From Nitrospirota bacterium (GTDB taxonomy: Bacteria; Nitrospirota; JACRHJ01), in NCBI GenBank assembly GCA_963698885.1, contig CAVOSJ010000003.1, forward strand, positions 553,250-617,249: 64,000 bases of DNA, in the 5' to 3' direction. The notes below the pieces were generated by a model. The model did not search any database. It was given only the letters and a program-made list of their open reading frames with translations, and was not told the origin of the DNA. Position numbers and translations under genes: made by a program. Positions 42,495 through 52,674 of the stretch are shown here, one piece after another (position 1 is the stretch's first letter; each line of letters opens with the position of its first letter).

Positions 42495-43775
42495 TTAAAC
42501 CGCCAGGGCCTTGCATGACTTCTCCGGGCAGGCCTTTTCCTTTATATGCATCATATATTCATGCCTGAAATATTTCAGGGTGGACAGGATGAAGTTCGCG
42601 CAGCTCTCGCCCAGGCCGCAGAGCGCCGTCCCCTGGACCGTCTCGCCCAGTTCGCGCATAAGCTCCAGGTCGGACTCTTTGCCCTTCCCGTCCGTTATCT
42701 TTATTAAAAGCTCGTGCATCCTTTTGGTGCCTTCCCTGCACGGGGCGCACTTGCCGCAGGACTCGTGAGAGAAGAACTTAGCGGCCCGTCTCGCCGCATG
42801 GACCATGCAGACGTCCTCATCCATGACAGTGACCGAGCCGGAGCCTATGGAAGTCCCGACCGCCCGGAGCGAGTCCACGTCCATCCTGACGTCCAGATGC
42901 TCTTTTGTCAGCGCGGAGGTAGCGAGACCGCCGGGTATTACGGCCTTCAGCTCTTTGCCGCCCCTGATACCCCCGCCGTGTTTATAAATCAGTTCGCGCA
43001 AGGTAATCCCGGTCGGCAGCTCGTAGAGGCCGGGCCGTTCCACATTCCCGCTCAGGCTGAATATTTTTGGTCCCGGAGATTTCGGAGAGCCTATGGCGGC
43101 AAACCATTCCGCGCCCCGCTCTATTATATGCGGGACGTTCACCAGGGTCTCTACGTTATTCACCACGGTCGGCATGGAGAAGGCGCCTTCGACGGCCATG
43201 TACGGCGGCCTGGTGCGGTAATGTCCGCGCCTGCCTTCCAAAGACTCGATGAGCGCCGAAGCCTCTCCGCATACGTAGGAGCCCGCGCCCCTGTAAACCT
43301 TCAACTCAAAATTATTTACCGTGCCGAGAATATTTTTCCCAAGGTAGCCCCTCTTTTCGGCCTGCTTTATGGCGGCGTTCAACACCTCCGCGCCTTCCGG
43401 ATATTCGCCCCGGATATAGATGTAGCCGAGTTCCGCGCCAAAGGCGTAGGCCGCGATCAACATGCCCTCGATCAGCATGTGCGGGTCCTTCTCGAGGAAG
43501 GGCCGGTCCTTGAACGTGCAGGGTTCGCCCTCGTCCGCGTTGGCGATCAAGTACTTCGGCTTCTTGTCTATGTCAAGGCTTACTTCCCATTTCTTTCCGG
43601 CCGGATACCACGCGCCGCCCCTGCCTTTAAGGCCGGACTTGATTACTTCGTCCGTGACCTCGCGGGGCGTCATAGAGTATGCCTTCTTCAGCGCAGTGTA
43701 TCCGCCGGACGCGAGATAAACGTCTATGTCCTGGCTGTTTGGAGTGTCTATGTTTTTAAGAAGCACCTTGCTCAT
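42495..43775 (-). CDS. nuoF: NADH-binding flavoprotein subunit (NuoF/FdsB/HoxF-like: FMN, NAD(H), 4Fe-4S)
   Basis: GRGGAWYPAGKKW, GGAGSYVCGEASALIESLEG, C-terminal ESCGKCAPCREGT. Confidence 0.9.
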   Translation of the reverse strand: MSKVLLKNIDTPNSQDIDVYLASGGYTALKKAYSMTPREVTDEVIKSGLKGRGGAWYPAGKKWEVSLDIDKKPKYLIANADEGEPCTFKDRPFLEKDPHMLIEGMLIAAYAFGAELGYIYIRGEYPEGAEVLNAAIKQAEKRGYLGKNILGTVNNFELKVYRGAGSYVCGEASALIESLEGRRGHYRTRPPYMAVEGAFSMPTVVNNVETLVNVPHIIERGAEWFAAIGSPKSPGPKIFSLSGNVERPGLYELPTGITLRELIYKHGGGIRGGKELKAVIPGGLATSALTKEHLDVRMDVDSLRAVGTSIGSGSVTVMDEDVCMVHAARRAAKFFSHESCGKCAPCREGTKRMHELLIKITDGKGKESDLELMRELGETVQGTALCGLGESCANFILSTLKYFRHEYMMHIKEKACPEKSCKALAV

Positions 43776-44311
43776 TTATACCTCGCCAGTATCTTGTCTA
43801 TCTTCTGGGGAGTCAGGTCGTAGTGAAAGTCGTCGTTTATCATCATCGCGGGCGCCCGCCCGCAGGAGCCTATGCACTCGGACTCGATAACCGTGTATCT
43901 GCCGTCCGCGGTGGTGTTACCCTTTGTTATCTTCAGCTTGCTTCGCAGGAAGCCCAGGAGCGTCTCGGCCCCGTTCACGTTGCAGGCCATATTCGTGCAA
44001 AGCCTGATGACGTTTCTCCCCTGCGGGGCGAGCGAGAACTGGTCATAAAAAGTGGCTACTCCATAAAGATGGGCGGGGGTGGTTTTAAGCCGCTTCGCCA
44101 GCTCTGTCACCGCCTCCTGCGGGATAAACCCATATACTTCCTGAGTGCGCCTCAGGACCGGCAGGAATATGTCCCTGGCATTGGTGTCTATCCCCTCCAG
44201 CACCTTCTCTATCAGAGACAGGTCCACCTTCGGCTTCACCTTTTTCCGCGGTTTTGAAGGCTTTTCCGGGGCTTTTTTATTGATCTTTTTGATTTCCATT
44301 ACGCTTCTCAT
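43772..44311 (-). CDS. nuoE: NuoE/FdsG-like thioredoxin-fold 2Fe-2S subunit
   Basis: CTNMACNVNG..ESECIGSCGRAP. 4-nt overlap with nuoF. Confidence 0.85.
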   Translation of the reverse strand: MRSVMEIKKINKKAPEKPSKPRKKVKPKVDLSLIEKVLEGIDTNARDIFLPVLRRTQEVYGFIPQEAVTELAKRLKTTPAHLYGVATFYDQFSLAPQGRNVIRLCTNMACNVNGAETLLGFLRSKLKITKGNTTADGRYTVIESECIGSCGRAPAMMINDDFHYDLTPQKIDKILARYK

Positions 44312-44358
44312 GGCTCTCCGCGTATTAGAATTACAAGTTCTGTAATCCTACCATAAAG

Positions 44359-44386
44359 TGATAATAATTATCAATAATTATCTTGC
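44359..44386. promoter_or_regulatory. Fur-box-like AT-rich hexamer array (GTGATAATAATTATCAATAATTATCTTG) ~50 bp upstream of nuoE. An adjacent perfect inverted repeat TTACA-N5-TGTAA lies at 44326-44340
   Basis: Contains GATAAT x2 and ATTATC, as in the GATAATGATAATCATTATC consensus. Direct reading. Confidence 0.3.
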
Positions 44387-44495
44387 CCGGAGGAAGGATA
44401 TCATGACGGGCGAGGCGCAAAACGCTTTTTGGATTATATTAATGAAGATGCCAAAAGTCCAGCTAAATAATCATGCCGGCATTTAAAAATATGGC

Positions 44496-44525
44496 TTGAC
44501 AGGAAGTCATGCCTTTCTGTATATT
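44496..44525 (+). promoter_or_regulatory. Sigma-70 promoter for tRNA-Glu (TTGACA, 18-nt spacer, TATATT)
   Basis: Perfect -35 element and a good -10. The -10 ends 21 nt before the tRNA 5' end. Confidence 0.45.
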
Positions 44526-44546
44526 TACCTGCACGCCAAAAACCCG

Positions 44547-44623
44547 TCCCCCTCGTCTAGCCTGGCCCAGGACACCGCCCTTTCACGGCGGCGACGGGGG
44601 TTCAAATCCCCCGGGGGACGCCA
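44547..44623 (+). tRNA. tRNA-Glu (anticodon TTC)
   Basis: GTCCCCCTCGTCTAGCCTGGCCCAGGACACCGCC-CTTTCAC-GGCGG..GGGGGTTCAAATCCCCCGGGGGACGCCA. Confidence 0.85.
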
Positions 44624-44746
44624 AATTTATCATTATTAACGTGATTGCTAAGATTAGCTAACCTGCCCGCGCACAGACACACTTAAAACCCACGGTAATT
44701 TAATCCGGAGTAAAAACGAGCCTTAGGGAAAGTCAGGAAAAACATT

Positions 44747-46402
44747 ATGAGAGAAACACATAAAAAACCCGTCTGGGGAGAATTGCTAATCCCCTTGTTT
44801 ATAATAATAGCCGTCTCCCTGGCTGTTTATTCAAATACGTTTGGAAACGGGTTTGCTTACGACGACAATTATCAGGTGTTAGGTAACCCGTGGATCAAGA
44901 ATGTACGGTTTATCCCCGAAATATTTTCGAACAATGTGTGGGGGTTCAGAGGGGAAACCACCAACTACTACCGGCCAATGATGTACGTTATATACATGCT
45001 GACTCACTACCTCTTCGGCATCGTGCCGTGGGGCTTTCACCTTGTGAGTGTGCTTCTTCATGCCGGGTCTTCCGTCCTCGTTTTCCTGATCGCCAGGATT
45101 CTGTTCAGGGAATATAAATCCCCTTCAAAATATCTCTCGATTCCTCTGATGGCGGCAGTCCTTTTCGCCGTGAACCCCATACACACGGAAGCGGTCGATT
45201 GGGTTTCGTGCGTCCCGGAACTCTCGTACACGCTTTTCTGCCTGCTGTCGTTCTACCTGTATCTCCGGTCCGACAACAGGTTCACTACAGGCTACTACCT
45301 CTCCGTAGTTGCCTTCTTCATGGGCACGCTGTGCAAGGAGCCCGCGATAACCCTCCCGGGTCTGTTAATTGCCTACGACCTGCTGCTAAACAAAAAGAAG
45401 CCAGAATTACAGTTTATTCTGAAGAGATACGCCCTGTTTGCGCTGGCCGCATCCGCCTACCTTTGCATCAGGTTTTATGCGCTCGGCGGGGGCATGAACT
45501 CGATGCAACATGGCGAGTATGGCCATTATGGAAACATTTTTATAATCTTTGTGACATACTTTAAAAAACTAATCCTGCCAGTCAACCTAAAGTTATTTTA
45601 TTCGTTCAAGCCCGTCCAGTCCTTGCTTGAGGCAAGCGCTTTGACGTACGTCCTCCTTACAGCGCTGGTTGGCGTCTTTTTTTATCTCGCATATAAAAAA
45701 GACAAGCTGGTATTTTTCTGTCTTTTAATCATCGTCGTCCCGCTTCTTCCGTGCCTTTATACACCCGCGATCAGCGGGTCAAGCGTTCAGGCAGAGCGAT
45801 ACCTCTATCTCCCGTCCGCCGGGTTCTGCATGCTGGTCTCTTTAATGGTCTCCCGGCTTGCGGGTTCACGGTGGCGGATTGCCGCCGCACCTGTGTTCCT
45901 CGCGCTGGTTGTCCTGTACTCTGCCGGGACCGTACTCAGGAATGCGGACTGGAAGGATGACTACAGCCTGTGGACTGCCGAGTTGAAGAATTCGCCCGGG
46001 TCCGACGTGGCACAAAACAACCTTTGCTCGGCTGCGGGTACCCATATCGACTTAGGACTAGAGTATGAAAAACGCGGTCACGACGACCTTGCCATCGAGG
46101 AATACATCACGGCGACGAACTGCAATCCACCCGCCGATGATGCATGTCTTGCATATACGAACCTCGGCAACGTATACCGCAGGATGGGCATGGTGGACAA
46201 GGCCATCGAGGCTTACGAGAAGTCGCTGAGACTTAACCCCAACAATAGGAATGTGCACAATGATATCGGCGTAGAATATGTTCAGAAAGGGGACATTGAA
46301 AAGGGCTTAGAGCACTTCCGGACCGCTGTCCGTCTGGACCCAACCGACCCAACTTCTCAGGAAAATCTGGACAATACCCGCAGACGATACAAAAAACAAT
46401 AG
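44747..46402 (+). CDS. Polytopic membrane protein (DUF1736/PMT-like domain) with C-terminal TPR repeats
   Basis: ~11 TM helices. The C-terminus carries TPR motifs (AYTNLGNVYRRMGMVDKAIEAYEKSLRLNPNN...). Confidence 0.6.
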   Translation: MRETHKKPVWGELLIPLFIIIAVSLAVYSNTFGNGFAYDDNYQVLGNPWIKNVRFIPEIFSNNVWGFRGETTNYYRPMMYVIYMLTHYLFGIVPWGFHLVSVLLHAGSSVLVFLIARILFREYKSPSKYLSIPLMAAVLFAVNPIHTEAVDWVSCVPELSYTLFCLLSFYLYLRSDNRFTTGYYLSVVAFFMGTLCKEPAITLPGLLIAYDLLLNKKKPELQFILKRYALFALAASAYLCIRFYALGGGMNSMQHGEYGHYGNIFIIFVTYFKKLILPVNLKLFYSFKPVQSLLEASALTYVLLTALVGVFFYLAYKKDKLVFFCLLIIVVPLLPCLYTPAISGSSVQAERYLYLPSAGFCMLVSLMVSRLAGSRWRIAAAPVFLALVVLYSAGTVLRNADWKDDYSLWTAELKNSPGSDVAQNNLCSAAGTHIDLGLEYEKRGHDDLAIEEYITATNCNPPADDACLAYTNLGNVYRRMGMVDKAIEAYEKSLRLNPNNRNVHNDIGVEYVQKGDIEKGLEHFRTAVRLDPTDPTSQENLDNTRRRYKKQ

Positions 46403-46511
46403 ACCATAATCCGCCTGTTATTGATGCAACAGTGCCCCTTTTTGTGCCCCCCTGCCCCAAGCCTCTATCAAGTGAAAAAAAATTTGGACATCTTATGCCC
46501 TAAAGCTTATA

Positions 46512-48121
46512 ATGTTTCAAATTGAAAAAACTGAGACCCTCATGTCCCTGAAAAAGAAGATAACATATGGATTTCTCATCAGCGCGTCCATTATCGCCCT
46601 TCTGGTTATTTTCGAATACGTTAATTTTATCCAGATGCGAAACGAGATCACCTTTCTTGAGCTGACTGATACCCTCCGGACAAAATCTCTACAGATAAGA
46701 AGGCATGAAAAAAATTTTTTCCTGTACGGCCCGCAGAAGTCGGCTGAAGAATCAGCTGAGGTGCACAGATATCTGAAAGAGACAGTGCAGACTTTAACTG
46801 CGGCAAGGCGAACAGACATCGGAGGGGAATTATTAAGTCTCCAATCCCTGACCAGAGAATATAGGACCCGGTTCGAGAGGATTGAAGCTTCGTTCCATTC
46901 ACTTGATGGCGATATACAGCGTCGGGGAAAACAAGGGGAATTTACGCCTCTGATACAGCTGACCTTTATGGAGCGTCCACTCGAGAGCTCAGAATACCTG
47001 ACAAAAAACTTTCGGACTGTCGCCGGACGACAGGCTCGTCTTGGAACTAAAGGCGGTGAACGGTGATATTGCCGGCCTTAGGAAAACCGGTGAGGACATC
47101 CTTGATGTTACAAAGAATCTCGACAAGGCGGCGAGGGACAGGGTGGAGCACACTATTAAGCTCTCACAACTCGCCCTTCTGATTGTGTTTCCGCTATTTC
47201 TTCTGATAGGCCTGGGGTCGATTTTCCTGATACTGAGCAGCGTAACCATGAGGCTTGAGATGCTGACAAACGTAGTGGAGCACACCGGCAAGGGGGTATA
47301 TCCGAGGGTGCCGCAGGTATCTGGGGATCCTACGCACAAAGACGAGGTAGATGTTTTGGTAGAGAAGTTTAACACGATGGAAAAAGAGCTCGCGCAAAGG
47401 GAACGGGAGCTTGCGAAGAAAACCGAAGAACTCATGCAGACGAAGAAACTTGCCGCCATAGGCACCCTCGCCTCGGGAGTGGCGCACGAGCTTAATAACC
47501 CGCTCAACAACATTTACCTGTCAGCGCAGGTGCTCGCCCGCGAGGTCACGGAGGGATTCGCCTTCGGCAATAAAAGAAATTGTCGGAGACATCGTAGGGC
47601 AGACCGCGCGCGTGAAGCGGATAGTTGGGGACCTTCTCGAATTTGCACGGGGCAAGGAACCGCAGCTCCTGCCGACGGATATCGTAGCGCTTATACGCGA
47701 GACATACAGGCTGCTTGCCACGACCACTGCGTATAGCGCCGGAAGGATTAATTTTGCGTTTGAAGCCCCGCCGCGATGCACTATCCTGGTGGACCCCGAC
47801 CAGATGGAGCGGGTATTCATAAACCTTTTCACCAATGCGATAGACGCAATGGCGGGCAAGGGCGAGCTGGCCGTGAAAGTTGAGGAAGACGCCCAGGCCG
47901 TGCGGATAACAGTATCTGACACCGGCCCTGGAATTTCCCATGATCATATCGAAAAGATATTCGAACCTTTCTATACCACCAAGGACAAGGGCACGGGCTT
48001 AGGCCTTGCAATCGTATTCAATATTGTCAGGAAACATGGCGGAGAGATAAAGGCGCTGGGCAGGGATGGAGGCGCCGCATTCGAGATAACATTGCCTAAG
48101 AGGGTCTTAGATGCCGTATGA
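46512..48121 (+). CDS. Sensor histidine kinase (NtrB/ZraS-like), cluster 1, two apparent frameshifts (~47040 and ~47560)
   Basis: TM and periplasmic domain with EKNFFLY motif. HAMP. HisKA (GVAHELNNPLNNI). HATPase_c (DTGPGISHDHIEKIFEPFYTTK..GTGLGL) in three frames. Confidence 0.75.
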
Positions 48122-49443
48122 CATACTGATAGCCGAGGACGAGGAGATAACACAGAAGCACCTCCGCAGCACGCTTGAGAGGGAAGGCCACAGGGTTACA
48201 TCCGTTATATAACGGGCTGGACGCCCTGGCTGCGTTTGAAGAGCGCGATTTCGACCTCCTTATTGCCGATATAAAGATGCCTGGGATGACAGGCCTTGAC
48301 CTGTTGCCGAAGGTAAAGGAGAAGCACCCGGAGGTAGACGTTATCATCATTACCGGCTACGGCAGCATTGACTCGGCCATCGAGGCGATGAAGCTTGGCG
48401 CGCTGGATTATGTTACAAAGCCGTTTGAGCTTGAAGAACTGGCCATGAAAGTCAGGAAAATCTTTGAACGGAAGGCGCTCGTCAAGGAGAACCTGGCTTT
48501 CCGTACTATATTAAGCGAGCAGCGGAAGATTTCCATAATCGCCAAGAGCGCCAGCATGAACGAGATCCTAAGAACCATAGAAGGCCTTAAGGAATCAGAA
48601 TGCAACATTTTCCTGACGGGCGAGTCCGGCGTAGGCAAGAGCCTCCTTGCCAAGATAATCCACTATACGAGCCGGCGACAGGAAGCTCCCTTTCTCTCCC
48701 TGAACTGCGCCACCCTTACGGAGGAGCTGCTGGCGAGCGAGCTGTTTGGCCACGAACGGGGGGCTTTTACGGGTGCGGTTAAGATGAAGCAGGGCCTGGT
48801 CGAGATTGCCGACACAGGCACGCTTTTCTTAGATGAGATATCCGAGATGGCCCCAAACCTGCAGGCTAAGCTCCTCAAAGTCATAGAAGAAGGCGAATTT
48901 TACCGGGTTGGCGGGACCAGGACGATTAAAGTTGATGTCAGGTTCATTGCCGCGACTAATCAGAACGTGAAGTCAATGATTGCGGAAGGAAGGTTCCGCG
49001 AGGACCTGTACTATCGGCTCAATGTAATGGAGATATTCATCCCGCCGCTCAGGGAAAGAAAAGAGGACATAGAACCTTTGGCCAGGTTCTTCCTTGAAAA
49101 GCTACTGCCCAAGTCTCATAAAAAAATCTCCGGGATAACCAAAGATGCGATGAAAATCGTTAAAGAATACACTTATCCAGGGAACGTGCGAGAGCTTGAA
49201 AATATTATCGAACGAGCCATTATCCTCGAAAAAAACCGCGAGATAACGGCTGACAGTCTGCCCCAAAGCCTCAAGATGTTTCAGATTGAGACATTCGAGC
49301 CTGGCGATATAAAGACTATCGAAGCGCTGAACCGGGCTTATGTGGAGAGGGTGCTCGATTTGCTGGGAGGCAATAAAACAAAGGCCGCAGAGGTATTAGG
49401 CATATCCCGCACCAGCCTTTGGAGAATACTTAAAGAGGAATAA
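48114..49443 (+). CDS. Sigma-54-dependent response regulator (REC + AAA+ + Fis HTH), cluster 1, apparent frameshift near 48205
   Basis: MPYDILIAEDEE.. (REC) stops after 33 aa, then continues in another frame (..LLIADIKMPGMTGLDL..). GESGVGKSL. GAFTGA. C-terminal HTH_8. Confidence 0.85.
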
Positions 49444-49525
49444 AACGTTCACCCCTGTTTCATTTTTGAACATAACCTCGCCAGGCAAAAACTAAATAAA
49501 CCTGGAATATCAATAACTTAAATTT

Positions 49526-49541
49526 TGGCACCTTAATTGCT
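49526..49541 (+). promoter_or_regulatory. Sigma-54 promoter TGGCAC-N5-TTGC upstream of the cluster-1 USP/DUF81 operon
   Basis: TTTGGCACCTTAATTGCTA is an exact -24/-12 match. About 45 nt upstream of the ATG at 49588. Confidence 0.6.
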
Positions 49542-49587
49542 ATATAATCCGGTTAGATTTTTAAAATATTTCCAACCGGAGGGTGAA

Positions 49588-50073
49588 ATGAAAAGGAACC
49601 TGTTGTTCGTTACTTATCACAACAAGCATTTCGATGATGGGTTGTCTTATGCGATTGAGCTTGCAAGGACGCTGGGCAAAGACCTTTCGATTCTTGTCGT
49701 GCGGGAGAAGAAAGGCCTGATGGCAAAATTTACAGACCTTGTGGCCTCATCCGCATTTGCCGAGGCCTGCGAGCCGGACGCCGGCATCCGTATAATGGGC
49801 GAGGGCAACCTGCCTGAGAGCTCCGAATACCAAACAAAAGCCAGGGCGCTCCGCAAGTGTGCGGTTGGCGGGTTAAAGGCCAAAATAAGCAACTCCGAAA
49901 AAGAGCTTTTACCCGCGATACGCGAGGCCGTGAAGGAGTTTAATGTCGAGATGGTCCTTTTGGGCCCGACGGTGACAGGAAACGAAAACATTTCCGCCAA
50001 GGAACTGAACAGGCTTTTAAAATCAACGACCACCCCGGTCGTTACAATCGCAAAAACTGCAAGAATGGCATAA
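49588..50073 (+). CDS. Universal stress protein-like (USP fold) protein, cluster 1
   Basis: LLFVTY..D..LSYAIELA...LSILVV.. Start at MKRNLLFV. The ORF-track start at 49537 overlaps the promoter. Confidence 0.5.
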   Translation: MKRNLLFVTYHNKHFDDGLSYAIELARTLGKDLSILVVREKKGLMAKFTDLVASSAFAEACEPDAGIRIMGEGNLPESSEYQTKARALRKCAVGGLKAKISNSEKELLPAIREAVKEFNVEMVLLGPTVTGNENISAKELNRLLKSTTTPVVTIAKTARMA

Positions 50074-50093
50074 AAGAGGAGGATTATAATATC

Positions 50094-51035
50094 ATGCACC
50101 TGTATCTGCCTGTCGCTCTCACGAGCATTAATGTAATGGTCCCGGTCGGCCTCGGGCTGGCCGTCGGACTTCTTTCCGGCCTCTTTGGCGTGGGCGGCGG
50201 ATGGCTTATGACCCCGCTTCTCATAATGTTCGGAATACCTGCCACGGTCGCGGCGGCGACTGACTCAAACCAAATAGTTGCGGCCTCGACCTCGGGCACT
50301 TACGCGCACTGGAAGGTCGGCAACGTGGACTTCAAGATGGGCGCCTACCTCTTGGTGGGCGGGTTCACCGGCGGCCTTTTCGGCGTCCAGGCGGTAAAAT
50401 TACTCAGGGCCACGGGCAATGCGGACTTCGTAATAAAGATGACCTATATAATCATGCTCGGCATAATCGGCAGCTATATGTTCTATGAGAGCCTTATGAG
50501 CATGAAGAAGAGCAAGGAAGCCGCAGCCGGCCGGGCGTCAGCCGGCGAAAAAAAGCCGGCCGGCGAGTCTGGGATGGTCAGGTTCTTGGCCAGCCTTCCG
50601 CTCCAGACCCGGTTCGAGAAGTCGGGCGTAACGCATTCCGTAATAGTCCCGATACTGTTCGGCTGGCTGGTCGGCGTGCTCGCCGCCATTATGGGCGTGG
50701 GCGGCGGATTTCTGATGGTCCCGGTAATGGTCTACATCTTAAGGATGCCCATGCATGTCGTTGTCGGCACAAGCCTGTTCCAGATACTGTTCACGTGTAT
50801 CGAGGTCACGTTCTTGCAGGCCTACACAAACCACACCGTGGACTTTGTCCTCGCCGTCCTGCTTCTTGTGGGTTCGACGCTCGGCGCGCAGGTAGGGACT
50901 TACTTCGGCAGAAAGCTGAAGGCGGACCAGCTTAAGATTCTCCTGGCGGTAATAGCGCTGATAGTGACGGTGAAGATAATATTTGAAATAACGCTTACGC
51001 CGTCGTTACTTCTTGGTATGGGAGGAGGCCATTAA
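50094..51035 (+). CDS. TauE/SafE (DUF81) family anion permease, cluster 1
   Basis: Two internal repeats, each with G..GVGGG(W/F)LM(T/V)P. Confidence 0.75.
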   Translation: MHLYLPVALTSINVMVPVGLGLAVGLLSGLFGVGGGWLMTPLLIMFGIPATVAAATDSNQIVAASTSGTYAHWKVGNVDFKMGAYLLVGGFTGGLFGVQAVKLLRATGNADFVIKMTYIIMLGIIGSYMFYESLMSMKKSKEAAAGRASAGEKKPAGESGMVRFLASLPLQTRFEKSGVTHSVIVPILFGWLVGVLAAIMGVGGGFLMVPVMVYILRMPMHVVVGTSLFQILFTCIEVTFLQAYTNHTVDFVLAVLLLVGSTLGAQVGTYFGRKLKADQLKILLAVIALIVTVKIIFEITLTPSLLLGMGGGH

Positions 51036-51037
51036 TA

Positions 51038-51808
51038 ATGAATAAGATATTATCTCTCGCTTTAACTGTTTTGTTTGTCGCGGCATTCTCAACCGGGGCC
51101 TCCGCATTTCTTACCACTAAGGCCAACCATGACCATATCACCATCGGCTTCTTCTACAGCGGAAGTGAGGTCAAAGTCTCCGGCTTGTCTGATCCCGGCT
51201 TGGACTATGTAATAACTGTAACTTCTCCTGAAGGCCATCAAATCCTTAAAAGAAAGGGCAAAGTAGTCGGCGCGCTTTGGATGAATGTAGGCGAGCTAAA
51301 ATGCGATAAGGTGCCTAACCTTTATTTCGTTCAGAGCTCAAAAAATCTTGACGAGCTGCTGCCTGCGGCCGAGGAGGAGCGCTACGTCCTGGGCTATCCG
51401 GCTCTCGAAAAGCACATGGATATTGAGCCGGTAAAGGACCAGGCTGAAAAGGATAAATGGTTCAGCGAATTCGTAAAGTACAAGGAGTCGAAAAAGCTGT
51501 TCTTTACAGCCAGCGGCAACTTTCAGATATCAGGCGCTGACGGCAAACAGGCGTATGAGATGAAATTCAAATGGCCTTATCAGGCGCCGCCGGGAGATTA
51601 TCTGGTCACGGTTTATGCGGTGAAGGATAAAAAGGTGGTCGAGCAGGCCACATCAAAAGTAAACGTAGAGCAGGTGGGTACGGTAAAGACATTGGCGGGT
51701 ATGGCTAAGAATCAGAGCGCTTTTTATGGCGTCCTTGCTATTCTGACGGCGATTGGCGCGGGATTCGGCGTCGGCATTATATTCGGAAAGGGTGGGGGTG
51801 CGCATTGA
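51038..51808 (+). CDS. Secreted/membrane-anchored protein (signal peptide + C-terminal TM), TIGR02186-like partner of the DUF81 permease
   Basis: Signal peptide, beta-rich body, C-terminus FYGVLAILTAIGAGFGVGIIFG. Confidence 0.4.
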   Translation: MNKILSLALTVLFVAAFSTGASAFLTTKANHDHITIGFFYSGSEVKVSGLSDPGLDYVITVTSPEGHQILKRKGKVVGALWMNVGELKCDKVPNLYFVQSSKNLDELLPAAEEERYVLGYPALEKHMDIEPVKDQAEKDKWFSEFVKYKESKKLFFTASGNFQISGADGKQAYEMKFKWPYQAPPGDYLVTVYAVKDKKVVEQATSKVNVEQVGTVKTLAGMAKNQSAFYGVLAILTAIGAGFGVGIIFGKGGGAH

Positions 51809-52668
51809 TGTACAAAAACATAATCGTAGGATATGACGATTCGGAATACAGCAAGGCCGCCCTTGCAGAAGCCGCGGGGATAGCGAAAAAAAACAACGGG
51901 AAAATTGCATTGGTGCATGCCGTATATTTCGATGAGGAAGAGTTTGGGGGCGCTCAGATTCAGCACGAAAAACGGCTTGAGATCGGCCGTAATATGTGCT
52001 ACCAGACCGGCAAAAAGTACTCCGATGAATACGGCATAGAGATAGAGGCGCTTTTATGCGATGGCGAGCCGCCGGAAATGATAGCGGAAGTGGCGGCAAG
52101 TAAAGGTGCGGACTTAATTGCCCTTGGCACACGCGGACGGAAAGGGCTTAAAAGACTGCTTCTGGGAAGTGTCACCTCGGGCGTCGTTTCGAAGGCTGGT
52201 TGCGACGTGCTCGTCGTGAAGAAAGCTTGTTCCGATTGCGCCGGGACATACAAGTCTATCCTCTCGGCATATGACGGTTCGGCCAGCAGCCGGAACTCGC
52301 TCTCCCGCGCGGGAGAACTTGCAAGGGAGCAGGCCGCGCAGTTGACCGTGCTGTATGTTATCCCCCACTACGAGGAGATGGTCGAGTTTTTCATGACCGA
52401 CTCCATAAAATCCGGCTTATATAAAGAGGCTCAGAAAGTTTTAGACGGGGCGAAGGATGAGCTTTCAAGCACGGACGGATTTCCGCTCGCATCACTTATC
52501 CGTGAGGGTCAGGCGGCGGATACTATCGTAAGCACAAGCCAGACGCTGAAAAACGACCTTATAGTAATGGGCAGCCATGGATGGTCGGGTGTCGATAAGG
52601 CTATCATGGGGAGCACCACCGAAAGGGTGATTATGAACTCCCATTGTCCGGTGCTGATAGCAAAATAA
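51805..52668 (+). CDS. Tandem-domain universal stress protein (UspA x2), cluster 1
   Basis: Two USP domains, each ending G(S/T)(R/H)G..G......GSV(T/S)..V (ATP-binding type). Confidence 0.8.
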   Translation: MMYKNIIVGYDDSEYSKAALAEAAGIAKKNNGKIALVHAVYFDEEEFGGAQIQHEKRLEIGRNMCYQTGKKYSDEYGIEIEALLCDGEPPEMIAEVAASKGADLIALGTRGRKGLKRLLLGSVTSGVVSKAGCDVLVVKKACSDCAGTYKSILSAYDGSASSRNSLSRAGELAREQAAQLTVLYVIPHYEEMVEFFMTDSIKSGLYKEAQKVLDGAKDELSSTDGFPLASLIREGQAADTIVSTSQTLKNDLIVMGSHGWSGVDKAIMGSTTERVIMNSHCPVLIAK

Positions 52669-52674
52669 AAAGGC

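Noticed and set aside
46484-46513. TTGGAC-N18-TATAAT sigma-70 promoter upstream of kinase 1
   Set aside because: The -10 overlaps the annotated ATG at 46512. It can only be valid if the kinase starts at the downstream Met (MSLKKK, 46542). It is too uncertain to list as a feature.
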